Shown piece by piece: positions 32,495 to 41,821 of a stretch of 45,274 nucleotides of DNA (its first letter is position 1; the number at the start of each line of letters is the position of its first letter). The translations under genes and the position numbers were made by a program. Below the pieces are notes generated by a model that saw only the letters and a list, made by a program, of their open reading frames with translations, searched no databases and was not told where the DNA came from. The DNA comes from an uncultured Bacteroidales bacterium (GTDB lineage: Bacteria; Bacteroidota; Bacteroidia; Bacteroidales; UBA1402), in the NCBI GenBank assembly GCA_964500535.1, contig CAZCPI010000001.1, positions 1,777 through 47,050 on the forward strand. Direction: 5' to 3'.

Positions 32495-33346
32495 TTATCC
32501 AAGTTCGAAACTGGTTATACCGAATATTCTATCCATTGGCAATTGAGGCATGTCTCCACGATACATCCTTGCAGTCTGGAAAACGGGCACCATATCGAAT
32601 TCTTCTGCCAATGAAATTCCTGCATTGTTTGCATCAGGTATATCAAGATAGTAATGAGTATCCGGAGGGACAATTGAAATAAGATTTTCAAAAATTCTTC
32701 GTGCAAAATTTTTATTATCAGCAAATAAAGGCCCTACCTTATATCCTTCATAACAAGGTCGAATTACTCCATAACCTGCAATTTTCCCGTCAATAACCAG
32801 AGCCATTGACTTGCTACCCTTCTGTCTTATCCAGTTTTTTATAAACCTCTTTCTATCAGCAGGAAAAAATGGACGATCATATCTATAAAATACCTTAAGT
32901 GGCATTTTTTCTAATGATACAATTTCGGGATCGTTTTTTAACTGAATTCCTCCGGTTCCCATAAATCTGAAACTCCGGAATGCCAGTTTAAAGCCAATTA
33001 ACTTGTAAAAAAACAACTTACCGACAACCCCGTCGATACCAACAACTCTTTTTCCAAGGTATTCCAGTACTTTCTTACCAAGTAAAATCGCATACCTTTT
33101 ACCACGATATTCCGGCTTTACAAGAAAGAAACCAACAAAAATAAAATCATTGCTGTACCTCACCGCAGAGACGCAGCATACAGGTTTATCTCCAAGAGAA
33201 CCTATTAGAAATCCACCGGGATCAGCAGAATAAAAACTGTCAGCATCATATAAACCCGGATTCCATCCCTCTTCCGCCGCCCATTCAATAGCATAATCAA
33301 GCTCAGCTCGAGTCATAACTCTGATATTGAAATTCTGATCATTCAT
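32495..33346 (-). CDS. GNAT family N-acetyltransferase with a C-terminal YitH-like domain
   Basis: RVMTRAELDYAIEWAAEEGWNPG, then a GNAT core (FFLVKPEYRGKRYAILLGKK); 283 aa. Confidence 0.75.
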   Translation of the reverse strand: MNDQNFNIRVMTRAELDYAIEWAAEEGWNPGLYDADSFYSADPGGFLIGSLGDKPVCCVSAVRYSNDFIFVGFFLVKPEYRGKRYAILLGKKVLEYLGKRVVGIDGVVGKLFFYKLIGFKLAFRSFRFMGTGGIQLKNDPEIVSLEKMPLKVFYRYDRPFFPADRKRFIKNWIRQKGSKSMALVIDGKIAGYGVIRPCYEGYKVGPLFADNKNFARRIFENLISIVPPDTHYYLDIPDANNAGISLAEEFDMVPVFQTARMYRGDMPQLPMDRIFGITSFELG

Positions 33347-33501
33347 AAATACAATTATTAATACTTACATTTGAAAGGGAGTTGTTCAAATTTAGTACTT
33401 TTCTTTAAAGTAAGAATAAACTTGCAGATAAAATATTGAACGTTCAAATACAAACATTAAAAAGTAACAAAGTTAAATTTTATTAATTTTACGATTTTTA
33501 C

Positions 33502-33532
33502 TTGACATCGGAACAAAAACAGTATAATTTTG
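33502..33532 (+). promoter_or_regulatory. marR promoter
   Basis: TTGACA at 33502-33507, TATAAT at 33523-33528, overlapping TAATTTTG (TAnnTTTG) at 33525-33532. There are 20 nt between the TTG and the TA. Confidence 0.6.
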
Positions 33533-33533
33533 C

Positions 33534-33553
33534 AAAGTTGTTTATGCAACTAT
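33534..33553. promoter_or_regulatory. Candidate MarR operator, copy 1
   Basis: AAAGTTGTTTATGCAACTAT (arms AGTTG/CAACT), directly after the promoter and 16 nt before the marR ATG. It is identical to copy 2 at 17 of 20 positions. Confidence 0.55.
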
Positions 33554-33568
33554 TTTAGAATACAGTTT

Positions 33569-34009
33569 ATGGAACAGGTTTTCAAAGACAGAGATTTGGT
33601 TTTCAATATTGCTACAGGTAAAGCATCTACTGCAATAAACAGAAAGATAATCAGGGATTTCAAATCAAACTCTATAGCATTAACTCCTGAACAATGGTTA
33701 GTATTACAATTTCTCTCATATAAGGATGGAATAAGTCAACAGGCTCTAGCAAATGCAATGTTTAAAGATAAACCCAGTATAACAAGGTTATTGGACAATC
33801 TTGAGAAGCATTCTTTAATTGCAAGATTGGTTGACAAAGTCGACAAAAGAAACAATCTTATACATATTACAAAATCAGGATCAATAATACATCAAAAAGC
33901 TAAAGAAATTGTATTAACATCATTGAAGACAGCTTTACGAGATATAAGTGAAGAAGAAATCAGAATTGGAGAGAAAATTTTAAGAAAAATTCTTAAGAAT
34001 CTGGAATAA
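33569..34009 (+). CDS. MarR family transcriptional regulator
   Basis: ATG at 33569; the tracked start at 33530 is TTG and lies inside the promoter/operator. Winged HTH: ISQQALANAMFKDKPSITRLLDNLEKHSLIARLVDKVDKRNNLIHIT. Confidence 0.88.
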   Translation: MEQVFKDRDLVFNIATGKASTAINRKIIRDFKSNSIALTPEQWLVLQFLSYKDGISQQALANAMFKDKPSITRLLDNLEKHSLIARLVDKVDKRNNLIHITKSGSIIHQKAKEIVLTSLKTALRDISEEEIRIGEKILRKILKNLE

Positions 34010-34032
34010 AATCAGCAAAAAAATTTAGATTT

Positions 34033-34052
34033 ATAGTTGTTTACACAACTAT
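34033..34052. promoter_or_regulatory. Candidate MarR operator, copy 2
   Basis: ATAGTTGTTTACACAACTAT, a perfect 8-4-8 inverted repeat. It lies between the marR stop and the TolC-like gene. Confidence 0.55.
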
Positions 34053-34169
34053 TATAAACGTTTATATTTATCAAAATTAATAACAACATAATATATTAAA
34101 CTTTAAAGCTAAAGCGATTATAAGCTTAATATGTGATGTTACAACCTGCCTTAACTAAAAAAAATCGGT

Positions 34170-35642
34170 ATGAAAAGATGTTGTTTTCTTATCATTCTGC
34201 TCTTAATGAGCATTTATAGTATATCACAGAATACTTACACGCTGGATGATTGCAGACGCATGGCAACTACTCATAACAAAGAAGTGAAAATTGCCAATGA
34301 AAAAGTCAAAGAAACTGAAAGCCTTAACAAAGCAGCCAGGACTCAGTATCTCCCCGGCTTTTCTGCAAGCGGAGGATATGTCTGGAACCAAAAAAACATT
34401 TCTTTGTTGGGATCTGACCAATACCTGCCGGTTTATGCTACTTCAGCAGACGGGTCAGTGAATTTTGCAAAATCTGTAAACAATTCATGGACTATGGTTA
34501 ACGGATCTCCGGTACCTCTGGATGCAAATGGTGCACCTTTTGATCCTACTAAGAATCCGGAAAAAATAAGCTGGAAAAATCTTGCATACATTCCAAAAAG
34601 TGCATTTGAATTTGATAGTAGAAATTTATTTGCAGGGGCAATTATGATGACTCAACCACTGTATATGGGAGGCAAAATACGGGAATTAAACCGCATCGCG
34701 GAAAGTTCAAAAAAAATTGCTAAAGCTTCTATGGAAGGTAAAATTTCTGAAACTCTATTAAATACGGACGAAGCTTACTGGAGGATTGTATCATTAGTCA
34801 ATAAGGAAAAGCTCGCAAAAAAATATGTTGAACTCCTGAAAAGAATAGACTGTGATATTGAAAAGTCAGTTAAAATCGGGGTTGCCACTAAGTCTGATGC
34901 TTTGACAGTTAAAGTTAAGTTAAATGAAGCTGAAATGTCATTACTGCAGGTCCAGGACGGTTTATCCCTTTCCAGAATGGCATTATCTCAGATCTGCGGA
35001 TTACCATTGGATTCAGAATTCAGACTTGCAGATGAAAAAATTGAAAGCATACCTTCAATCGAATCCAACATTACTATACAAAGTACAAATGTTGAAAACA
35101 GATATGAGGTAAAAAGTCTTGAAGAAGCTGTAAAAATTGCTGATGCGAACAAAAAAATTATGATGTCACGTTTTTTACCTAATGCCGGTCTAACGGCGGG
35201 CTATATTACTTCAAATCCTAATATGTACAATGGTTTTCAGGATCAATTTGACGGACAGTTTCAGATAGGTATTGCTGTTTCTGTACCTATATTTCATTGG
35301 GGTGAAAGGATTCATACTCTCAAATCAGCACAAAATGCAAAGAATATAGCGCAATTCCAACTAGAAGATGCTAAAGAGAAAATTGAGCTTGATATTTCAC
35401 AGGCAACTTTTAAAACCCGGGAAGCTGTAAAAAAAATAAAAATGACAACATCCAATATGGATAAAGCCAATGAAAATCTTAAATATGCTAATTTGGGTTT
35501 CGAATCGGGTATAATTACAACATCGACATTACTAGAAGCTCAAACAGCCTGGCTCAAGGCAAATTCAGACAATATCGATGCCCAAATTGATGTACAACTA
35601 TGTAATGCATATCTAAAAAAAGCTTTGGGTGACTTAAAATAA
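34170..35642 (+). CDS. TolC family outer-membrane efflux protein
   Basis: Signal peptide. The two-repeat OEP architecture is recognisable from LDDCRRMATTHNKEVKIANEKV and the C-terminal LEAQTAWLKANSDNIDAQIDVQL. Confidence 0.88.
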   Translation: MKRCCFLIILLLMSIYSISQNTYTLDDCRRMATTHNKEVKIANEKVKETESLNKAARTQYLPGFSASGGYVWNQKNISLLGSDQYLPVYATSADGSVNFAKSVNNSWTMVNGSPVPLDANGAPFDPTKNPEKISWKNLAYIPKSAFEFDSRNLFAGAIMMTQPLYMGGKIRELNRIAESSKKIAKASMEGKISETLLNTDEAYWRIVSLVNKEKLAKKYVELLKRIDCDIEKSVKIGVATKSDALTVKVKLNEAEMSLLQVQDGLSLSRMALSQICGLPLDSEFRLADEKIESIPSIESNITIQSTNVENRYEVKSLEEAVKIADANKKIMMSRFLPNAGLTAGYITSNPNMYNGFQDQFDGQFQIGIAVSVPIFHWGERIHTLKSAQNAKNIAQFQLEDAKEKIELDISQATFKTREAVKKIKMTTSNMDKANENLKYANLGFESGIITTSTLLEAQTAWLKANSDNIDAQIDVQLCNAYLKKALGDLK

Positions 35643-35661
35643 AAAAAAATAACAATAATAA

Positions 35662-36702
35662 ATGCAATTCACTATGGAAAATAATATCAAAACCAGTTCT
35701 AAATCAGCGCTTAGGAAAAATAAAACCAATCTTATTGTCGGTTTGGTAGTATTATTAGGTGTTGTAATACTAATTTCCGTTATCGGAGCCATTGTTATGA
35801 AACCTGCAAAGGAAATCATTCAGGGAGAAGTCGATGCAAATGAAGTCCGTATTTCTGGCAAACTTGCCGGACGTATTCAGGAAATATTTGTCGAAGAAGG
35901 CAATTCTGTAAATATAGGTGATACTCTTGTACTTCTGAATTCTCCAGAACTCTATGCCAAACTTGACCAAGCAGAAGCAGCCGAAAATGCAGCCAAAGCA
36001 CAAAACGAAAAAGCAATCAAAGGAGCCAGAGCTGAACAGATTCAGGGTGCTTATGAAATATGGCAAAAAGCTAAGGCTGGTCTTGATATCGCTCAAAAAT
36101 CATACGAAAGAGTAAAAAAACTATTTGAAAACGAAGTGGTTTCAGCGCAAAAGTTTGACGAAACCGAAGCTTTCTATAAAGCTGCAGTTGCGACTGAAAG
36201 AGCAGCAAAATCTCAGTATGTCATGGCAAAGAACGGAGCTGAAAGAGAAGATAAACTATCAGCAAAAGCTTTGGTTGATCGTGCTAAAGGTGCAGTATCG
36301 GAAGTTGAAGCATATATCCCTGAAACAAAACTGATCTCACCAATCAACGGAGAAATATCAGAAATCTATCCAAAACAAGGAGAGCTTGTAGGACAGGGAG
36401 CTCCGATTATGTCAATAGTAGATCTTAATAACTGCTGGATTACTATAAACTTACGTGAAGACCAGCTCGCAGGATATAAAATCGGATCACAAATTAAAGT
36501 TTCTATTCCGGCAATAAAAGCAGATAACGTTTTATTTAGAGTAACATATATAAAAGCTTTGGGAAGTTATGCCACATGGAAGGCAACAAAGATGACAGGA
36601 GAGTATGATGTGAAAACTTTCGAAATACGTGCTAAACCTGTTACAAAAGTTGAAGGAATGCGACCGGGAATGAGCGTACTGATGGAAGAAAATAAAAAAT
36701 AA
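35662..36702 (+). CDS. HlyD family periplasmic adaptor (membrane fusion protein, YbhG/YhiI-like)
   Basis: N-terminal TM anchor, lipoyl-like segment (ISGKLAGRIQEIFVEEGNSVNIGDTLVLL), coiled-coil hairpin, and a C-terminal beta-barrel. Confidence 0.88.
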   Translation: MQFTMENNIKTSSKSALRKNKTNLIVGLVVLLGVVILISVIGAIVMKPAKEIIQGEVDANEVRISGKLAGRIQEIFVEEGNSVNIGDTLVLLNSPELYAKLDQAEAAENAAKAQNEKAIKGARAEQIQGAYEIWQKAKAGLDIAQKSYERVKKLFENEVVSAQKFDETEAFYKAAVATERAAKSQYVMAKNGAEREDKLSAKALVDRAKGAVSEVEAYIPETKLISPINGEISEIYPKQGELVGQGAPIMSIVDLNNCWITINLREDQLAGYKIGSQIKVSIPAIKADNVLFRVTYIKALGSYATWKATKMTGEYDVKTFEIRAKPVTKVEGMRPGMSVLMEENKK

Positions 36703-36722
36703 TTTTCTAAAAAAAACAAAAA

Positions 36723-37901
36723 ATGAAAGTTATAAAATTTCCCGGTTGGAAGATGTCATTGCAAAGGGAATTAAGACGTTTCGTTTCAATGCCAGTATAT
36801 ATTTTCATATCGATTATTCTTCCTGTTGGGTTTCTTATCTTTTTTGCATCCTTCTTAAAAGAAGGTTTACCTCAACAACTTCCGATAGGCGTCATTGATC
36901 ATGATAATTCGTCACTATCCAGAAATATTGTGCGGCAAATGAAGGCAAGCCAGCAAACTAAAGTAATTGAATATTATACAAACTTCACTGAAGCAAGAAA
37001 ATCAATGCAGGAAGGTAAAGTTTTTGGTTTTGTTGATATACCGTCTCATTTACAAAAAGATATAATGTCAGGAAATCAACCTGAAATAGAATATTACTAC
37101 AACCAGGCATATTTTATTGCAGGCTCGCTGATACTACGTGACCTCGGAATTATGCTGAATACGATTTCCGGTGGCGTTAACCTACAAACAAGGACGGCAA
37201 GAGGGCAGACTGTAGACGAAAGCATGGGACAGATTCAGGCAATTGTGCCTGAAGCCCATCCTATAGGAAATCCTATGCTAAATTATTCGGTCTATTTATC
37301 AAATATTTTATTACCTGCAATGTTGCAGTTGATTGTATTGATGACAATTGTGTACGTAATCGGAATTGAACTTAAGAAAAGCAGTTCCTTAAAATGGCTA
37401 AGAGTTTCAGGGTATTCTTTATTAAGAGGTCTTTTCGGGAAATTGTTGCCATACACTGTCATATTTACATGCATAGGTTTCTTTTATGAAGTCTACATGT
37501 TCAAATATATGCACTTTCCATTAAATAGCAGTATTTTATGGATGCTCTTGAATGTTTTCCTACTTGTTATAGCAACCGAAAGTATAGCAGTCTTCATGAT
37601 AGGACTATTTCCTGTACTAAGAGATGGATTATGTTTTGCCGGACTATATGGTATACTTGCCTTCTCGTACTCAGGTCTTGTTTATCCCATTGAAGGAATG
37701 CCGATTGCTCTTCAGACTATCAACTATGGCTTTCCTTTGCGGTTCTTCTTTAAGATTTATCAAAATGTAGCACTGAATGGAATAGATGCAGCGTATTCTG
37801 TTACTGATTATTTATCGTACATATTCTTTCTACTTCTACCATTAGTTGTGTGGAAAAGGCTCAAAAATGCGTTAGTCTATTTAAATTATCCAAAAAAGTA
37901 A
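36723..37901 (+). CDS. ABC-2 type transporter permease (YbhS/YbhR/YhhJ-like)
   Basis: TM1 is followed by an extracytoplasmic loop of about 130 aa, then 5 TM helices (ABC2_membrane_3 topology). Confidence 0.8.
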   Translation: MKVIKFPGWKMSLQRELRRFVSMPVYIFISIILPVGFLIFFASFLKEGLPQQLPIGVIDHDNSSLSRNIVRQMKASQQTKVIEYYTNFTEARKSMQEGKVFGFVDIPSHLQKDIMSGNQPEIEYYYNQAYFIAGSLILRDLGIMLNTISGGVNLQTRTARGQTVDESMGQIQAIVPEAHPIGNPMLNYSVYLSNILLPAMLQLIVLMTIVYVIGIELKKSSSLKWLRVSGYSLLRGLFGKLLPYTVIFTCIGFFYEVYMFKYMHFPLNSSILWMLLNVFLLVIATESIAVFMIGLFPVLRDGLCFAGLYGILAFSYSGLVYPIEGMPIALQTINYGFPLRFFFKIYQNVALNGIDAAYSVTDYLSYIFFLLLPLVVWKRLKNALVYLNYPKK

Positions 37902-37902
37902 C

Positions 37903-39108
37903 ATGATGAAACAACAAAACTATTTAAAAACGGCTTTCAAAGACATTTCTGAAATTTTTGTGGAAGAAATAAAAAATGTTTTTAAAGATTCCGGTGTTGT
38001 GGTCATATTCATTGCGGCAAGCATTATTTACCCTGTACTTTATGGCTTCGTATATAAAAATGAAGCGCTAAGAGATGTTCCGGTCGCCATTGTAAACCAG
38101 AACAATTCATCAATAAGCAGAGATTTTGTCCGTAAACTAGATGCTACTCCTGACATAAAGGTTGCATATAAAGTCCCTTCATTGGAAGAAGCAAAAATAT
38201 TGTTTGCTAAAAATGAAGCAAAAGGTATAATTTTTATCCCTTCTGATTTTTCAGAAAATATCAGTAAAGGCAAGCAATCACATATTTTTGCATACAGTAA
38301 TATTGCAACAATGTTATATTTCAGATGCATTTATTCGGGCATAAATTATGTATGTATGGATATGAATGCATCTATACAAATTAAAAATCTTGAATTAAAG
38401 GGACTTACCGAAAGACAAGCAATTGTTTCTTCAAATCCTGTATTAAGTGAGGGGCATGCCTTGTACAATCCGGGAATAGGTTTTGCTTCTTTCCTTTTGC
38501 CGGCTGTACTGATTTTGATAATTCAGCAGACTCTTGTTATAGGAGTCGGGATGCTTGCCGGTACTGCCCGCGAAGAAAACACCTTTCATATGTTAATCCC
38601 TTATAAACGAAAATATCACGGAACACTACGAATTGTCTGCGGGAAGAGTCTGGCTTATCTGGTTTTGTATTCTTTAATAAGTTCGTATATTTTGCTTTTA
38701 ATACCATATCTGTTTAAATTCCCGCATTTTCTTACATTAGGTACAATTATTCCATTTCTGTTGCCTTTTTTGCTGGCATGTATTTTCTTCAGTATGGCAA
38801 TATCAGTATTTTTCTGGAACAGAGAATCTTCAATACTAATTTATTTATGCACATCAATGCCTCTGCTTCTATTAGCAGGATTTTCGTGGCCGGGAACAAA
38901 CATAGATCCGTTCTGGAAAATGGTTTCCTATTTCTTTCCTTCTACTTTAGGAATCCAGGGTTTCCTTAAGATGAACTCGATGGGAGCTTCGATATATCAG
39001 ATTGGTCCTGAATGTCTGGGATTATGGATTCAAACAGGAGTATATCTTATATTTACAATTTTTGTATACAGATGGCAGATTAAGATAAGTGAAAGAAAAC
39101 TGAAATGA
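37903..39108 (+). CDS. ABC-2 type transporter permease, second copy
   Basis: Same topology as the preceding gene. Starts 1 nt after its stop. Confidence 0.8.
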   Translation: MMKQQNYLKTAFKDISEIFVEEIKNVFKDSGVVVIFIAASIIYPVLYGFVYKNEALRDVPVAIVNQNNSSISRDFVRKLDATPDIKVAYKVPSLEEAKILFAKNEAKGIIFIPSDFSENISKGKQSHIFAYSNIATMLYFRCIYSGINYVCMDMNASIQIKNLELKGLTERQAIVSSNPVLSEGHALYNPGIGFASFLLPAVLILIIQQTLVIGVGMLAGTAREENTFHMLIPYKRKYHGTLRIVCGKSLAYLVLYSLISSYILLLIPYLFKFPHFLTLGTIIPFLLPFLLACIFFSMAISVFFWNRESSILIYLCTSMPLLLLAGFSWPGTNIDPFWKMVSYFFPSTLGIQGFLKMNSMGASIYQIGPECLGLWIQTGVYLIFTIFVYRWQIKISERKLK

Positions 39109-39117
39109 ACTTTTTAA

Positions 39118-39423
39118 TTACTTCAGAGAAATCTTTCTGACCTGAGTTCCTACCTTTATGATATAGTAGCCTTGTTGCAGATCCAACTGGAGCTCTATTG
39201 AAGTGCTGTCAGATTTTTTTTCGAGAACCCTTACGCCAAGAATATTCAGAATCTCTATTTTGTCGCCGTTCTTTATATTTTGGATCTGTAAAGTTTTACC
39301 CTTAAGGAGTACAGTCATACCTGATTCCTGAGCTACCTGAGCAGTAGATCTTTCACTTTTCTGCCCAATTACAGGTGTTGCAAGGGTAGTTATAAGCAAT
39401 ATGAGAAAAAGGTATTTCTTCAT
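39118..39423 (-). CDS. Small secreted protein made of a signal peptide plus a T9SS type-A C-terminal sorting domain
   Basis: MKKYLFLILLITTLATPVIGQ, a linker of about 15 aa, then a CTD-like segment: TLQIQNIKNGDKIEILNILGVRVLEKK..LDLQQGYYIIKVGTQVRKISL. Confidence 0.6.
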   Translation of the reverse strand: MKKYLFLILLITTLATPVIGQKSERSTAQVAQESGMTVLLKGKTLQIQNIKNGDKIEILNILGVRVLEKKSDSTSIELQLDLQQGYYIIKVGTQVRKISLK

Positions 39424-39474
39424 ATTTGATTGATAATTGCGACAAAAGTAATGAAAAATAAGTATTATTTCAAA

Positions 39475-40389
39475 TCAAACCTCAATCTTTTGATTTTCAT
39501 CAGCCAGTACAACGTTTTCAAACTCAGCTTTTGCCTCTTTAAGGAACATTTTATCATTCGGGTATCTTGCGGAATAATGTCCTATAAGTAACTGTTTTAC
39601 AGACGCCAGTTTTGCAATTTTGCCGGCCTGGGCAGCTGTTGAATGCATTGTACTCTTTGCCCTGTCCTTTTCCATCTCACAAAAAGTTGCTTCATGATAA
39701 AGCAGATCAATACCTTTTATATATGGTATAATTGATTCGGCATATGAAGTATCAGAGCAATAAGCATATGATTTTGATGGTGTAGCAGGTTTTGTCAATA
39801 AATCGTTGGGGACAATCTCTCCATCCGGTTTAATAAAATCACATCCTTTTTTTATTGACTGAATTTCCCTGACCGGCACATTATGAAAATCAAGCATTTC
39901 TTTTATAACATGCAACTCTTTAGGTTTTTCCCTGAAAAGGAAACCTGCAGAAGGAATTCTGTGTTTCAGGGGTATAGTTACTACTTCAATTGATTTATCT
40001 TCATAAATAATTGCGGAAGATTCAGTATTAAAAGAAAGAATCCTTACTTCATAAGGCAACTCCCGGCAAAAGAAATCAAGTTGAGGTCTTAACAAACGCT
40101 CAAGACCTTCAGGAGCATGAATTGTCAATTTTGCATTTCTCCCAAGCATACCCATCGTAGAGATCAGGCCTATAAGACCAAAGCAATGATCACCATGCAG
40201 GTGGGAAATAAATATATCGTAAATTTTATTGTAATTGAGCCTGGTATTCCTGAATTGAAGCTGTGTCCCTTCACCACAGTCAATCATAAACAGTTTTCCC
40301 CTGATATCGACTATTTGTGAAGCCGGTAAATGGTGACGGGTCGGCAAAGCCGACCCGCATCCCAGTATGTATACATCAAACTGGCTCAT
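39475..40389 (-). CDS. rnz: Ribonuclease Z
   Basis: ILGCGSALPT..FMIDCGEGTQ, then HLHGDHCFGL; 304 aa. Confidence 0.92.
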   Translation of the reverse strand: MSQFDVYILGCGSALPTRHHLPASQIVDIRGKLFMIDCGEGTQLQFRNTRLNYNKIYDIFISHLHGDHCFGLIGLISTMGMLGRNAKLTIHAPEGLERLLRPQLDFFCRELPYEVRILSFNTESSAIIYEDKSIEVVTIPLKHRIPSAGFLFREKPKELHVIKEMLDFHNVPVREIQSIKKGCDFIKPDGEIVPNDLLTKPATPSKSYAYCSDTSYAESIIPYIKGIDLLYHEATFCEMEKDRAKSTMHSTAAQAGKIAKLASVKQLLIGHYSARYPNDKMFLKEAKAEFENVVLADENQKIEV

Positions 40390-40399
40390 TTATAATTAC

Positions 40400-41806
40400 T
40401 TAAAATTCCGCACTCCTTGGTGTACGAGGGAAAGGAATCACATCACGAATATTTGCCATACCCGTTACAAATAAAATCAACCTTTCAAATCCAAGTCCGA
40501 AACCGGAATGAGGTGCTGTCCCGAATTTTCTGGTTTCAAGATACCACCATATATCTTTTGTAGGCACACCCATCTCTTCAGCGCGTTTTGAAAGCTTCTC
40601 ATAAGATTCTTCACGCTGAGAACCACCGATGATTTCTCCAATTTTCGGGAACAGAACGTCCATAGCCCTTACAGTCTTACCATCATCATTTTGTTTCATA
40701 TAAAATGACTTGATTTCTTTAGGATAGTCAGTAAGAATTACAGGTTTCTTAAAATGTTTTTCAACAAGATAACGTTCGTGTTCAGAAGCAAGGTCTGCTC
40801 CCCAGAAAACAGGGAATTCAAATTTATGCCCGCCTGCAACAGCAGCTTCAAGAATTTCTATACCTTCAGTATATTTAAGCCTGATGAATTCATTTTCAAC
40901 GACAAACTTCAGTCTTTCCAAAAGTTCCTTATCATACATAGATGAAAGGAAGTCAAGATCATCCTTGCAATTTTCAAGAGCCCAGTTTATACAATATTTG
41001 ATGAAGTCTTCAGCGAGTTGCATATTGTCCTCTATTTCATTGAAGGCAACTTCAGGTTCAATCATCCAGAATTCCGAAAGGTGTCGTGGAGTATTTGAGT
41101 TTTCTGCGCGGAATGTCGGTCCGAAAGTGTAAATCGAACCAAGAGCCATTGCACCTAACTCCCCTTCTAACTGTCCTGATACAGTCAGACTGGCCATTTT
41201 ACCATAAAAATCGTCAGTATAATCGATTGATCCATTTTCATCTTTCTTCAAATCATAAAGATTCATTGTTGTTACCTGAAACATCTGGCCGGCACCTTCA
41301 CAATCTGAAGCTGTAATTATCGGTGTATGGAAATAGAAGAAACCACGTTCATGGAAAAAATTATGAATCGCCATAGACATATTATGTCTGATACGAAATA
41401 CAGCGCCAAAAGTATTTGTACGTGGACGTAAATGAGCAATTTCTCTCAAATATTCCAGAGTATGACCTTTTTTCTGCAATGGATATGTATTCGGATCGGC
41501 TTCTCCCAAAACTTCAATAGTCTTAGCATGAACTTCTGCATTCTGACCTTGTCCCGGAGACTCCATGAGAATACCATCCACACTCAAACAGGCCCCGGTT
41601 GTAATCTTTTTCAGATTTTCTTCGTCAAAATTACCAAGATCAACCACTATCTGAACGTTCTTTATCGTAGAGCCGTCATTAAGTGCTATGAAATTAACTT
41701 GTTTATTACCACGGCGGGTTCTAACCCAACCTTTTACATTCACCATTTCTCCGTAATTGCTGCAACTGAGCAATTCAACGATCTTTGTTCTCTTAATTTT
41801 TTCCAT
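40400..41806 (-). CDS. asnS: Asparagine--tRNA ligase
   Basis: Class II motifs [21 protein letters not shown] and [10 protein letters not shown], with an N-terminal OB fold ([11 protein letters not shown]). Confidence 0.95.
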   Translation of the reverse strand: MEKIKRTKIVELLSCSNYGEMVNVKGWVRTRRGNKQVNFIALNDGSTIKNVQIVVDLGNFDEENLKKITTGACLSVDGILMESPGQGQNAEVHAKTIEVLGEADPNTYPLQKKGHTLEYLREIAHLRPRTNTFGAVFRIRHNMSMAIHNFFHERGFFYFHTPIITASDCEGAGQMFQVTTMNLYDLKKDENGSIDYTDDFYGKMASLTVSGQLEGELGAMALGSIYTFGPTFRAENSNTPRHLSEFWMIEPEVAFNEIEDNMQLAEDFIKYCINWALENCKDDLDFLSSMYDKELLERLKFVVENEFIRLKYTEGIEILEAAVAGGHKFEFPVFWGADLASEHERYLVEKHFKKPVILTDYPKEIKSFYMKQNDDGKTVRAMDVLFPKIGEIIGGSQREESYEKLSKRAEEMGVPTKDIWWYLETRKFGTAPHSGFGLGFERLILFVTGMANIRDVIPFPRTPRSAEF

Positions 41807-41821
41807 AAGACATTTAAAAAA

